Shown: one piece after another, positions 38,298 through 50,191 of the stretch
Layout: every line of letters starts with the position of its first letter
How positions within the stretch are numbered: the first letter of the stretch is position 1
Origin: Eledone cirrhosa
Lineage: Eukaryota
Length of the DNA: 64,000 bases
Direction: 5' to 3'
Assembly (NCBI GenBank): GCA_964016885.1
Contig: OZ024742.1
Span: 307,272,001 to 307,336,000, forward strand
Program-made: the position numbers and the translations under genes
Notes under the pieces: model-generated
Databases searched by the model: none
The model's input: only the letters and a program-made list of their open reading frames with translations
What the model was told of the DNA's origin: nothing

Positions 38298-38820
38298 TAA
38301 ATGTACCAAAATATACCGTAGTGTCCAATCCGATGAAGAACTCAATGTAATCCAAATATCATGAAAAGAGAAGATGCATTCAAAAATTTTCGATGAAAAT
38401 CATTGGAAAACAGAGTCAAGATAAATTAATAAAAACAATGAAATAAAAACAAAGAACAAGTTCCTTATATAAAAAAATTCATCATTTTACGATCGTTTCT
38501 AGGATGTATATGTGTGTTGGTATGTATATCATATAGATCTATGTAAAAATATTACAAATTATCAGAGGAAATATATATACCTTCACATATACATGCTGCC
38601 TTCAGAAATGAAGACAGTATGTATATGTGAAGGTATGTATATTTCCTCTGATAATTTGTAATATTTTTACATAGATCTATATGATATACATACCAACACA
38701 CATATACATCCTAGAAACGATCGTAAAATGATGAATTTTTTAATATAAGGAACTTGTTCTGAATTTTTTAATATAAGCAACTTGTTCTTTGTTTTTATTT
38801 CATTGTTTTTATTAATTTAT
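38298..38820. mobile_element. Palindromic HHR element (family I): arms 38421-38820, tail 38298-38420; long-stem-II HHR on minus strand at 38484-38609
   Basis: About 190-bp inverted arms; GAAA-CGATCG-TA; related solo copy at 41561-41770. Confidence 0.8.
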
Positions 38821-38926
38821 TTATATATATATATATATATATTCCTGCTATTTCAAGCGTTAAACTAATATATTCCTTCCATGTACTGTGCCGTTTGTTT
38901 TGTTATTTTTGTTATTCTTGTTTACC

Positions 38927-38970
<44 letters not shown>

Positions 38971-38975
<5 letters not shown>

Positions 38976-41310
38976 AAAAAGTATGACCCTGACGGCAGAG
39001 CTCAAGCCGTTTCGACGGCTACTTCTGGACTAAATTAGAATTTTTAGCCTGGTGAATAAATAGCCGGACTTGTCAAGGGGGTACTTCCTTATATGGGAAG
39101 ATTGTAGTTGTCAAGAGGATTGGTTAAAATTTGTTGTAAACACAAATAAGTCTATCATGGCATTTTGGTGGGAGGTAGGGGTGGCTGAACTTGCCTGTAG
39201 AACAATAGGGGAGTGACAGGAGCGGTCAAGCGTTGAAAGTGATATGTATACAGCAGATTCTAAGGATAGTGTATGAAGTGGAGGAGGGAGGTTATAGAAT
39301 AGGTAAATCGAATGAGAGTAGGAGACAATAAAAGATAATAGAAATAAATAAAAAATATATAAAATTAGATAGTAAGAAATGAATAAAAAAAATTACAATG
39401 CTATCTTACAATTAGAGGTTAATAAGTTGAGAATAGAAAAAACTTGTAGAAATTGAGTAGTAACAAAACTGATACAAATTAAGGGGTTTAACACATCTGC
39501 TATAAGTAGTTAGTAAAACGTAATCGGCCAATTCTATCTTAAAATTACAGGGGTGGGGGAACTGATGCTACAGAGGCCCGATGGGCTGCATCGGGGTAGG
39601 CGAAAGGGGAAGAAAATAGGGGGTGGAAGGAAGTGATAGGATGAGACAGGGGGAAGAAGAAGACAAAGAGGAAAAGAAAAGAGATACATCTACCTATGTA
39701 AGCTGAGGTTTCCGCTAACTTATTCGGCAAGTGTGTGTGAGTGGGGGGGGGGTATCAGCCTTTGTCTAGCCACCCGGGTCGTTATGGGGTTTGAGGGTGA
39801 GGTAAGTCCTACGCAATCTGTGTTTGCATGCAGTTACCAGTTCGTCTTTCTTGTTTAGGAGTTGGTCCTTCGAAAACGGTACTTGTAATGTTTCCTCCGA
39901 GCATAAGTTACACGGACGGCGTCCTCCCGCGTAAGAGTTAGCTCTGGACAGTAAGCTCCAAGTGAGATTTTAGGTTATATTATTATCTTGGAGGTCCCAG
40001 ATGTGGCCCGAAAGAGTAGTGGCATGTCGCCGGAACGGGTTTCGGAAAGTATGTCGGTGTTGGTAGAGCCGGATCTTGAAGTAACACGCGGTTAATCCTA
40101 TATAAGCTTTGTTGGAGGTGTCCGTCCTCGCGTTGCACTGGTAGATCACGTTACGTTCTCGGCATTTGTTGTTGAGGGGGCACGTAGATCTATCAGGGCA
40201 GTTACACCTCCTGGTCGGCTCTCCACTGATGTCTAGGTTATTTCTTCCATAGGGGTTAAGTTTTTTTGTTGTTTGAGGAGACGATGTTTTGTGCGAAGCT
40301 TGGTGTGGTGCTGTAGTAGAGTTTGATGGTGTTTTTGTTGAATATGTTGTGGTAGCGGTGTTGTAGTGGGAAGTGTTTTTCGAGGAGTCTAAAGAAGACT
40401 TTCCCGATAGGTGTTGCCACCTCGGCATTATGGGGAGGATTGAACCACGTTACGTTGCGTTAGCGGCGGTGTCGCCTGCTGGTTCCGCTAAGGGAAACTG
40501 AATAAAAGGATATTTCCTCTCGGAAGCCACTTCGCTTGAGGACCTGGTTGTAATGAGGCGCGTGTTCGTCGAATATCTGCTCATTAGCGGACAAACGAGA
40601 TATGCGGAGGAAGATGTTTTTAACCAGGTTATTTGTGATGTTTCTAGGATGGTTAGAGCGGCGGTGGATGTAGTGCAGGTTGTCCTTTGGTTTCCTGTTT
40701 GGGTAGTACAGATCAATTTCGAGGTTAAGGGTAACGTCCAGGAAATTGACTCGGGTTAGGGACGTTTGTAGGGTGATTTTAAATCCCCAGTCCCGGAAGA
40801 AGTTGATTAGTTGTTTACGGACCCGGTCTGTACTACTGGGGTTGTACTCTTTGAGAGCGAGGAGCCCAGCATGCCGGTACAATCTACCGCCGAATGCAGG
40901 AAACATTTCGGTGAGTTTAAATAGTAGGAATAATCCAATAAGATCTGTGATCTCGGCCGAATCCGTCGCGCCTATACTGACCGCTCCACTCTCCCCCTAT
41001 TGTTCTACAGGCAAGTTCAGCCACCCCTACCTCCCACCAAATGCCATGATAGACTTATTTGTGTTTACAACAAATTTGAACCAATCCTCTTGACAACTAC
41101 AATCTTCCCATATAAGGAAGTACCCCCTTGACAAGTTCGGCTATTTATTCACCAGGCTAAACATTCTAATTTAGTCCAGAAATAGCCGTCGAAAGGGCTT
41201 GAGCTCTGCCGTCGGGGTCATACTTTTTCCCATTTCCCACTCTACTACCCTAAGTATTGAGTACTCTGGTGCGTTATGGTCCATCTGGTTCCTTACCACA
41301 ATTCCTTTGT

Positions 41311-41311
<1 letters not shown>
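38971..41311 (-). mobile_element. 5'-truncated Naiad-type Penelope-like element with inverted pseudo-LTRs (38971-39228 and 40978-41233) and tail 41234-41311
   Basis: RT LYRHAG (decayed YRDD), VNFLDVTLNL, SNHP; CNCPDRSTCPLNNKC; VIYQC...YIGLT (GIY-YIG); CNLC...CKHR; flanked by (TA)n. Confidence 0.9.
38986..39082 (-). ncRNA. Hammerhead ribozyme, U3-A8 core variant (family E); mirror copy on plus strand at 41122-41218
   Basis: ACCCCC-TTGACAA-GTCCGGCTA...TAGCCGTC-GAAA-CGGC TTGAGCTCT GCCG-TC-(A/G)GGGT; GUC triplet. Confidence 0.7.
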
Positions 41312-41343
<32 letters not shown>

Positions 41344-41346
41344 GTT

Positions 41347-41382
<36 letters not shown>

Positions 41383-41560
41383 CCTTCCTACGTATCTATA
41401 TGTCTATCTGTCTATATATTTATACATCTATCTGTCTGTCTGGTTATTTATCTACACACATACAACCCTCTCACCCTACACATTTACCTCAGTTTAACCA
41501 TCAAATCCGAAAATAACTCTCTTCATCTTAGGATCTTGTGATAAATATATATATATATAT

Positions 41561-41704
41561 TATTTCTGAAGACGGCGTATATATGTGTTGGTATGTATAT
41601 TTAATCTTGATAGTTTGTATAATTCTGTATAATTTTGTACATAGATCTGTTGAATATGCATACCAATTCTAACACATATATATCCTAGAAACGATCGTTA
41701 AATA
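41561..41704 (+). ncRNA. Hammerhead with long stem II (family I solo copy)
   Basis: TATTT-CTGAAGA-about 115-nt hairpin-GAAA-CGATCG-TT-AAATA; between (TA)n runs. Confidence 0.75.
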
Positions 41705-42139
41705 ATGAACTTTTTTTGTTTAATATAAGGAACTGTTTCATTGTTTTATTCATTATTTGTTTAATATTTTATATATATATATGTAAATATCTATAAGTCG
41801 TTTGGAAGCCTCGACAATGCAAATGGGTAAATCTCCGGGTAACAAGGTCCGGTGGTGGAGAGAGAGATGTAAGTGGGTGTACGTTGAGATGCGTGGTGTG
41901 TATAAGATGTGTGAGATGTGTAGAATGAAGGGAAGAGTAAAAGGATAAAAATAATAATAACAACACAAGAGAGAGTTACCTTGGGAGAGATTTAATAGTC
42001 CCTATATATTTCGGATTCACATCCATCAACAGGGGTTTTTTTCCGGGGTGGGGGAAAAGGTTGTCTGTCGGACAAGTCCGGAAGGCGTCTTTCGCTGTTT
42101 GCTGATTTGAATATATATATCAGTGTAGTTTAGGTTGGA

Positions 42140-42960
42140 GATTGTATAGACTATACAGACCTTTGTATAGCTGGCTATATAGACTCTCATATAGTTTATT
42201 GTATAACTGGCTTTATATATTATTATATAGACTCTAGTATAGTTTATTTAAACTACTGTATAACTATCATATAGACTGTTATATAACTATCATATAGACT
42301 ACCATATGGATTATTGTATAACTGGCTATATATACACCCATCCCACTACCCCTATTCCACCCATCGCCATCAACACCACCCCTTTCTCTGTAAAGTTATG
42401 TTGATACCACAACATCCAGTCCAAAATAAATGGGGTTGTGTAGGTGTCACGACAAAATAACACAGTCTACGCTGTAATGTTGCCGTGTAGGTAACACGGT
42501 AAAAACCTCCCAGTCCACACTGTAAACATGGTTGGTGTTAGGAAGGGCATCTAGCCGTAGAAAACCTGCCAGACAGTCGTATACAAGCGAGATACGGTCT
42601 CCCGGCCAATCTTGCCTCAAGTAGGACAATTCCCGTCTAAATCCATGCTAGCGTGGAAGATAGACGTTAAACAATGATGATGATGATGATTGACTGGTTG
42701 AGAATCACTGATATAGACTGTTATATAACAGGCCATGTAGACTATCATATAGATTATTGTATAACTGGTCATATAGACAATTATGTAGACTCCAGTATAA
42801 CTGGCGATATAGAATATTGCATAGACTATTGTATAACTGGTCATATAGACAATTGTATTAACTACTGTATAACTGATAATGTAGACTATCATATAGAAGA
42901 TTATATAACTAGTCATGTAGACTGCTATATAGATTATTGTATAACTGGTCATATAGTTTT
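42140..42960. repeat. ATAGACTATC/GTATAACTGGTC minisatellite, interrupted by an RTE 3' UTR copy (42340-42690)
   Basis: Direct reading; the insert is highly similar to 16340-16680. Confidence 0.8.
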
Positions 42961-43108
42961 AATATTAGTTATTGGTTATTTTTATCAAAGCTCTTTCGTC
43001 ACACAATCTGTAACCTCCTCAATGACTGCTTGTGTCTCTTTGTGTTTCCTCTTCTTTCTGGGCTTATTCTGATTCCTCCATCATGCAAAACGTATATATT
43101 TACACACG

Positions 43109-43172
<64 letters not shown>

Positions 43173-43629
43173 AATTGATGGTTCTTGTGTGAAAAGGATT
43201 CCTTCTGTCGTTGATATATCCTTGCATTGGTAGAGAGGGTTCGAAGTAGCTTTAACATTTTGTTTTGCACATGAATTGAGATGCCAATAATTGATCATAT
43301 TAAAGATGCCGTTTTATCTCTTCTCGTTTTACTGGATATTATTAATTATAGATGGGGCAATGAAGAAAAAAAATACTATATGACCCCCATCCCACCTCAC
43401 TCGCATCCAAGCCAAAACATATGAATATTATACAAATATAAGCAATAATATAAAATAAATTTTAGCTGATATCAAACAACGTATGAGATTAATTGCATAT
43501 CTTGTATTTTATATGTATTTTGCATATATAGAATATTTTTCTTTCATTGTGTTTTTTGTTTTCAAGGCAAATGGCGAAAATGTCCAGAGATGAAATGAAT
43601 AAATTATATATTTATTCGTCGAAACCTTT

Positions 43630-44130
43630 GTGTGTATGTGTGGGGTATTATGTTGTGTGGTAGTGTTGCTGGTGTTGGTGGTTTTGTGGTGGTGTATGTT
43701 AGTGGTGGTGTCATGCTGCTGTGTGTTGTTGTTTTTATTGTTGTTGTTAGTGGTGGTGGTGGTTGTGTTGGAGATGTTGTTGGTGGTGCCATGTCATGTG
43801 GTGATGGTGGCAGTGGTGCTGTGGTTGGTGGTTTTGTTACTGGTAGCGGTGTGTGTTGGTTGTGGTGGTATATCATGCCGTGTGTTGTTGCTTTTGTTGT
43901 TGTTAGTGGTGGTGGTATTGGAGATGTTGTTGGTGGTGCCATGTCATGTGGTGATGGTGGCAGTGGTGCTGTGGTTGGTGGTTTTGTTACTGGTAGCGGT
44001 GTGTGTTAGTTGTGGTGGTATATCATGCCGTGTGTTGTTGCTGTTGTTGTTGTTAGTGGTGGTGGTGTTGGAGATGTTGGTGGTGGTATCATATCATGTG
44101 GGCAGTTGTGGTGATGTTGGGGTTAGTAGT
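43630..44130. repeat. GGT/GTT low-complexity block with about 150-bp tandem duplication
   Basis: Direct reading. Confidence 0.8.
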
Positions 44131-44299
44131 GTTTTGTGTGTATGTGTATATACATTTTAATGAGCTGTCGAGCCACCACAGAATGCTTTGCATTTATATA
44201 GTATGTATACATACATACATGCATGCAGACACACATAAACACACACATACACCCACACAGACACATACACCACACACAAACATTCAGCCATACACACAA

Positions 44300-44392
<93 letters not shown>

Positions 44393-44395
<3 letters not shown>

Positions 44396-44575
44396 CGAAT
44401 GAATTGTGGTAAGGAACCAGATGGACCATAACGCACTAGAGTACTCAATACTTAGGGTAGTAGAGTAGGTAATAGGAAAAGGTATGACCCCGACGGCAGA
44501 GCTCAAGCCGTTTCGACGGCTATTTATGGACCGTCGAAACGGCTTGAGCTCTGCTGTCGGGGTCATACCTTTTCC

Positions 44576-44578
<3 letters not shown>
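44393..44578. mobile_element. Family E palindromic mini-PLE: arms 44472-44578, tail 44393-44471
   Basis: Same arms and tail as 3741-3952 and 41180-41311; flanked by (TA)n. Confidence 0.85.
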
Positions 44579-44611
<33 letters not shown>

Positions 44612-44733
44612 TATTGTATTTTTGTTTGTAGTACACATACATATATTATGCAAACTCACACAAGCACACTCATACATAGACAGAGACAAACACGCACGCA
44701 CGCACGCGCACACACACGCACACACACGCACAC

Positions 44734-44897
<164 letters not shown>

Positions 44898-44956
44898 CAT
44901 TTGTAGTACAAAAATCATGATCCAAAATCCTATGCCGAAACTGATATCGTTTTAAT

Positions 44957-47900
44957 TTGAGTTCGTCTGTGTCGACGTCGCAGAACTCCAGCTCACTCTC
45001 AATGCGAGTAACAATAACAACAACAACCACAGTGGTAATAATAGAAATAATACATGTAGCAACATTAATGATAGACACAGCAACAACAACAACAAAAACA
45101 AGAAACATAATAAAAGTAACAACCACAATGGTAGAAATAACAGTAACAACAACAATAACGGTGGAGAAAACAACAACAATACATCTAACAATCACAGCAA
45201 CAATACATCTAGCAATCATAACAATAATAATAATGTTAATGATAGGAACAACAACAACCACCATAATAACAATAATAGCAACACACACAACTATGACGAT
45301 GGATATAATGACAATCCCTTAGAGAAACTATTCTTCAATCCAGCTGACAAAACATATAAGATGGGTAATATCTATCCTACGAGGTTACCCTTTAATAAAA
45401 GGGTTTGTATACCACAACAAATAGATGACGAGACAGAGGCACAGTTCACCATAGCTAGAAATAAGATTAGACAAAGAGTAGACCGGTATACTAAGAGACA
45501 AAGCAGACCAGAGGTCCAACAACTTGGGAGGAAACCTGTAGAAGGCTTGGTTAGCCTCAAGCAGCGCACAAGGGATGGTGAGGTAGTATGTCTACCCACT
45601 GATAAATCTGGTAGGATGTCAATAGACAGCATGCCGAACTACATCAAGGCTATGAAACCCCACATCACCAATACGAGCGAAATTGCATAGCAAATACATG
45701 ATGGGAGAGAGAAAATCCTCAACGCTCACATGATGATGTGGACCGACATCCTAAAGCCAAGCAGATGCACTGCCAACAACTTCCAGGCGTCTAACAATGG
45801 CATACCACCCTTGTATGGACTCCGCAAAGACCATAAGACAGTCGACGACCCGACAACAGGACCACCAACAAGACCTGTATGTGGAGCAAATATAGCTAGC
45901 AACTACAGGTCCTCCTACTTCCTCTCAATGGTTATACGCCCCATAATCAAGATGTCCCCATAGGTATGTGACAGTACAGAGGACCTCCTCAGCAGAATCA
46001 GTGAGTACAACAAAAACAAAAACCTATGCAACTGCATAATAGGCAGTATGGATGTGGTATCACCGTACCCATCCATTAACATTGATTTTGCTGCTGTGGA
46101 AAAATGTGTGGAGATGATCATTGAGAATGAGGTGGAGTTCTGCGACGTCGACACAGACGAACTGGGCCTCCTACTTAGACTTACCTATGACACTGACTAC
46201 CCAGACAGCCATGACCATAGACGTTTCTGCCCCAGTAGACCCAGAAGAGGTAGACCCCCCCCCCCCCCACCATAACCTCAATGTCAAAAAAGACTCCCAT
46301 GGGAAGGTGGATTGGGTGTACCAAAGCTATACGGACCCCCCCAAAACAATGATCAGGTAAGAAAAATGGTCGCACATGCAATATGGGATAGTATCAAAAC
46401 TACCCTAAAGGGCCACATATTCAAATTCAACGAGAAGATCTACACCCAAAATGAAGGAGCAGCCATTGGCGTCAGCATAGCTGGTGACGTTGCCAAACTT
46501 TTTATGGTATGGTGGGAAAGGAGACTCAAAGATCTCCTTGATGAGAGCTCCATAGACCTCATCATGTACTCTCGTTACGTAGATGACATCAATATAGTAA
46601 TAAGAACACCCCCACTAGAGAGTACTAACAAGTTTGATTTAGAACGTAGCACAATGGAAAGCATCCAGCAGATAGCTAATTCCATACACCAGAGTATAAC
46701 TGTAACTATCGACTACCCTTCCAAACACCCTAACAATAGACTGCGTGTATTAGACATGGAACTCTGGATTAACACTATAGAAAAGAGAGCCCAAATTCTC
46801 CACTCACACTACGCTAAACCCATGGCCTCCAAATACCTGATACTCAAAACCTCAGCAATGTCCAGTAGTGCTAAGTTTAATATTCTGATCGCAGACTTGG
46901 TACGAGTGATGAAGAACGTGTCCCGCATGTGCGACCCAACAGAAATGGAATGAAACATCCAACACTTCATCAACCGCATGCAGTTCTCTGGCTACAACCA
47001 AAGAGCCAGAATAAGAGTATACGAAGGAGCCACGGAGAAGTATAAGACCCTCATAGAACTGGACATGAAAGGAATTTGCCCATTATACAGGAGCAAATCA
47101 TGGAATAGTTTAGATAGGACTAGATATAAGATAGGGAAAGCCACCTCATGGTACGATAATCAGAGATACCAGAGTGTCATGTTTGTGGACGCTACCCCTG
47201 GAGGAAAATTAGCTAACCAGTGTAGAAAGGCCCTGACAAAGACCCATTAAACATTAAGGTGGTAGAAAAGCCAGGAACCACCATAAAATCCCTGATCAGC
47301 AAAACCTACCCTTTTAAGAAAACCCACTGTACTAATAGGAAATGTATTAGATGTAAAATAAAACCCCGGATAAACTGTAAAACTAGAAACGTAGTCTATA
47401 GCATAAGATGTACAGAGGGTACTTTCAGAAACATGACAACAACATACATAGGCGAGACAGCTCGTAGCATAGGTGAAAGGATAGACCAACACTGGGGAGA
47501 ACTAAAAGGACGAAAAATGGTTCAGTACTATACGAACATGCCAGACAACAACACGACGGTAACATAGACAACATAGAAATTAGAATAATATCTAAACATA
47601 GAAATGACCCAGCAGATAGGCAAATCAGAGAGGCCAGCGAAATAGAACTTAGAAGGCCAAGGCTAAACAAAAAAAAATGAATGAAATAACAACAACACCC
47701 AAACAAACAATACTGACCTAAGAGAAGTATAAATAAATACATACACAAGCACAATAACAACAAACACATATAAACACACACTAGTAAACTAAGATAGAAT
47801 ACAATAACCAATACACAGTCACCCAAACACGAACACACATCAAACACTATACACACGCGCAAACGCATGCGTAGAGAAGACAAAAATAAATAAATAAATA

Positions 47901-48197
47901 GATAAACAGACTAAATAAAGATGGCGTAGGCATACAATACAACAGGAGGAAACATAATAGCACCACTGACGATGTTGCAGATGTGCAAAGAAAGAACTTT
48001 GTTAGACTATATATATGTGTTTGTGTCTATATTATATCTGTATTTTTGACCGTTGGTCAGTCAATGGTAACATTGAGGACCGAATAAATTAAATTAACCG
48101 ATATAAAAGACACAGAAGCGAAAACCAACCAAACAGTGAATGTGTTCTGTTATTAATTCTGGCAATATTATTACACAAATATGACCCTCCCCAAGTA

Positions 48198-48203
<6 letters not shown>
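44957..48203 (+). mobile_element. Near full-length decayed Penelope-like element: RT, Cys knuckle, GIY-YIG and 3' repeat with HHR
   Basis: PTDKSGR, PPLYGLRKDHK, PTRPVC, SMDVVSPYPSI, QNEGAAIG, YSRYVDD, VLDMEL, CTNRKCIRC...C, VVYSIRC...YIGETARS; multiple stops and frameshifts. Confidence 0.9.
47961..48003 (+). ncRNA. Hammerhead motif in the PLE 3' repeat (weak stem I)
   Basis: CA-CTGACGA-TGTTGCA GATG TGCAAA-GAAA-GAAC-TT-TG. Confidence 0.6.
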
Positions 48204-48235
<32 letters not shown>

Positions 48236-48359
48236 CACACACACACATATATGTGTATACATGTGAGTTTAAACACACACACACACACATATATACATAT
48301 ATGTGTGTGTGTATACATGTGGGTTTACACACACATACACACGCACATATATATATACA

Positions 48360-49295
48360 TAATATCATAAACCCTACCACTATAAGACTGTCATACTCTA
48401 CAGCGTTAAACCTCGAACAACACATAAAAAAGATCAATACTAGAAGGTTAAACGAAAACACTAAAAACTTAAGTACAAAGAACACAAAAAAAACAGTAGA
48501 CAATACACTACAGAACATAAATAAACCACACCTAAGTTCGTCCGCAATACTACTCCAGAGTAAACCTAACTACAAAACCAACGTACACAACTGTAACTGC
48601 ACCTATCCTGACAATTGCCCCCTCGGCAATAACTGCCTGGAAAAAAATATCATCTATATGTGTACCATTGAATCCGGAGGCAACGAGTGGTATTACGTGG
48701 GATCAACGGCAACATCGTTTAAATCTCGATTATATAGGCATTCTTACTCAATAAAACACCAGAGCCAAAGAAATGTAACAACTTTAGCAGAAAAAGCTTG
48801 GACGCTCAGGGATAGCGATCAAAAGTTTACCCTAAAATGGGAGAAATTAGCTAAAGCCCAAAGCTTTTCCAGGAGCCAAAATTTCTGCAAATTGTGTAAT
48901 CTTGAGATTTATTACATAATCACACACAAGAAGAAATTGCTTAATAACAGAATTGAACGAACATTATTCTGCCGCCACCGAACTAAAACCCTTTTTTCCC
49001 ACTACAAGCTGAATATTACATAAAGAGGGACATCCCCCCAACTATATAAACCTCAATCTAGTTAGAAAAATATAAAAACAATCTCTTCTCAACATATATA
49101 TGTATATTAATAAAATTAAATTACCACACTAATAATGGAAAGATATGCTGATGAGAATAGGTGCGAATATGCTATAATGAATGTGTCTAAAAGCGACCAT
49201 ATGTATGTATATATGTGAAAATGTATATAAATAAGTAAATATATATATATGTTTGATGTGTATAGTTAGATGTATGTGTATTCATGTATTAAAGT

Positions 49296-49354
<59 letters not shown>

Positions 49355-50157
49355 GACAGGAGTATGTATGTATATATGTGTGTGCCTATACGTGTGTATA
49401 TGAAGATAAGTTGAGTATGAAAATGTATATACATGAATGCGTATGTATGTACATATATATATGTATATATATGTATATATATATATGTGCAGGTATATAT
49501 GTATGTAAGTATGAGCATGTAAGTATGTGTATGTGAGTGTATGTATTTTGTAGAGGTGTGCATATATGTTTGTGTGTGAATGTGTGGGCGAACGGATACG
49601 TACACTTGAAAGAAAAATTTAAGTCTGTATGTTAATTAAGTGCAAACACAAAACCAACCATGCATATTTTTACTATCTCTAATCCTTCTATAGATTTAGA
49701 AAAATAACCAACGCCAAATAATGTATTCTATAAAAATGTCAAACCAACAGATGGGATCTAATTACTCACTGCTACCAAAAATTCTCACTGCTATCAAAAA
49801 AATCTCTATCCACTCCCTTAACTATTCTTCTAAAAACTTCACCCCTCCCTCTTAATATTCTCTATAAAAACCAAACAGGTTCTCAATAAAATTATTCTGA
49901 TGAAATGACAGTTGATAATAACATTGAAATATTGATTGTCTGCATAATTAATACTTTGTAGATAGCAGCTGTTTTCAGGTTATGTAACTGTTATTGAAAC
50001 ACGTGTCAATAAATTCCTTTTAACTGAACTGTATCCATTTAAATCCTTCTATTTTCTCCGGATTACTTTTGAAACTACAACTGGAACCGTCGAGCAAACT
50101 CTACGTGAGCTGTCCATCTACTGTGTGTAATATTCATATTACAACACTACGGAAAAT
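48360..50157 (+). mobile_element. 5'-truncated Naiad-type PLE: open GIY-YIG ORF 48360-49023, 3' UTR, HHR and tail
   Basis: TIRLSYS, CNCTYPDNCPLGNNC, IIYMC...YVGST, CKLC, LLN...CRHR. Confidence 0.8.
49892..50012 (+). ncRNA. Hammerhead ribozyme with extended stem II
   Basis: TTATT-CTGATGA-AATGACAGTT...AACTGTTATT-GAAA-CACGTG-TC-AATAA; 10-bp basal stem II, palindromic stem III, GUC triplet. Confidence 0.85.
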
Positions 50158-50159
50158 AT

Positions 50160-50189
<30 letters not shown>

Positions 50190-50191
<2 letters not shown>

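Noticed and set aside
39780-40977. Selenocysteine recoding, known in some Naiad PLEs
   Set aside because: The conserved Cys positions I could read here and at 48360-49023 are TGT/TGC; no TGA at Cys sites
41770-42115. Possible further TA-flanked PLE end with a decayed hammerhead
   Set aside because: Core reads TTGTCGA...CAAA; too degenerate to support
49143-49180. CTGATGA motif downstream of the Naiad ORF
   Set aside because: Followed by GAAT rather than GAAA, with no convincing stems
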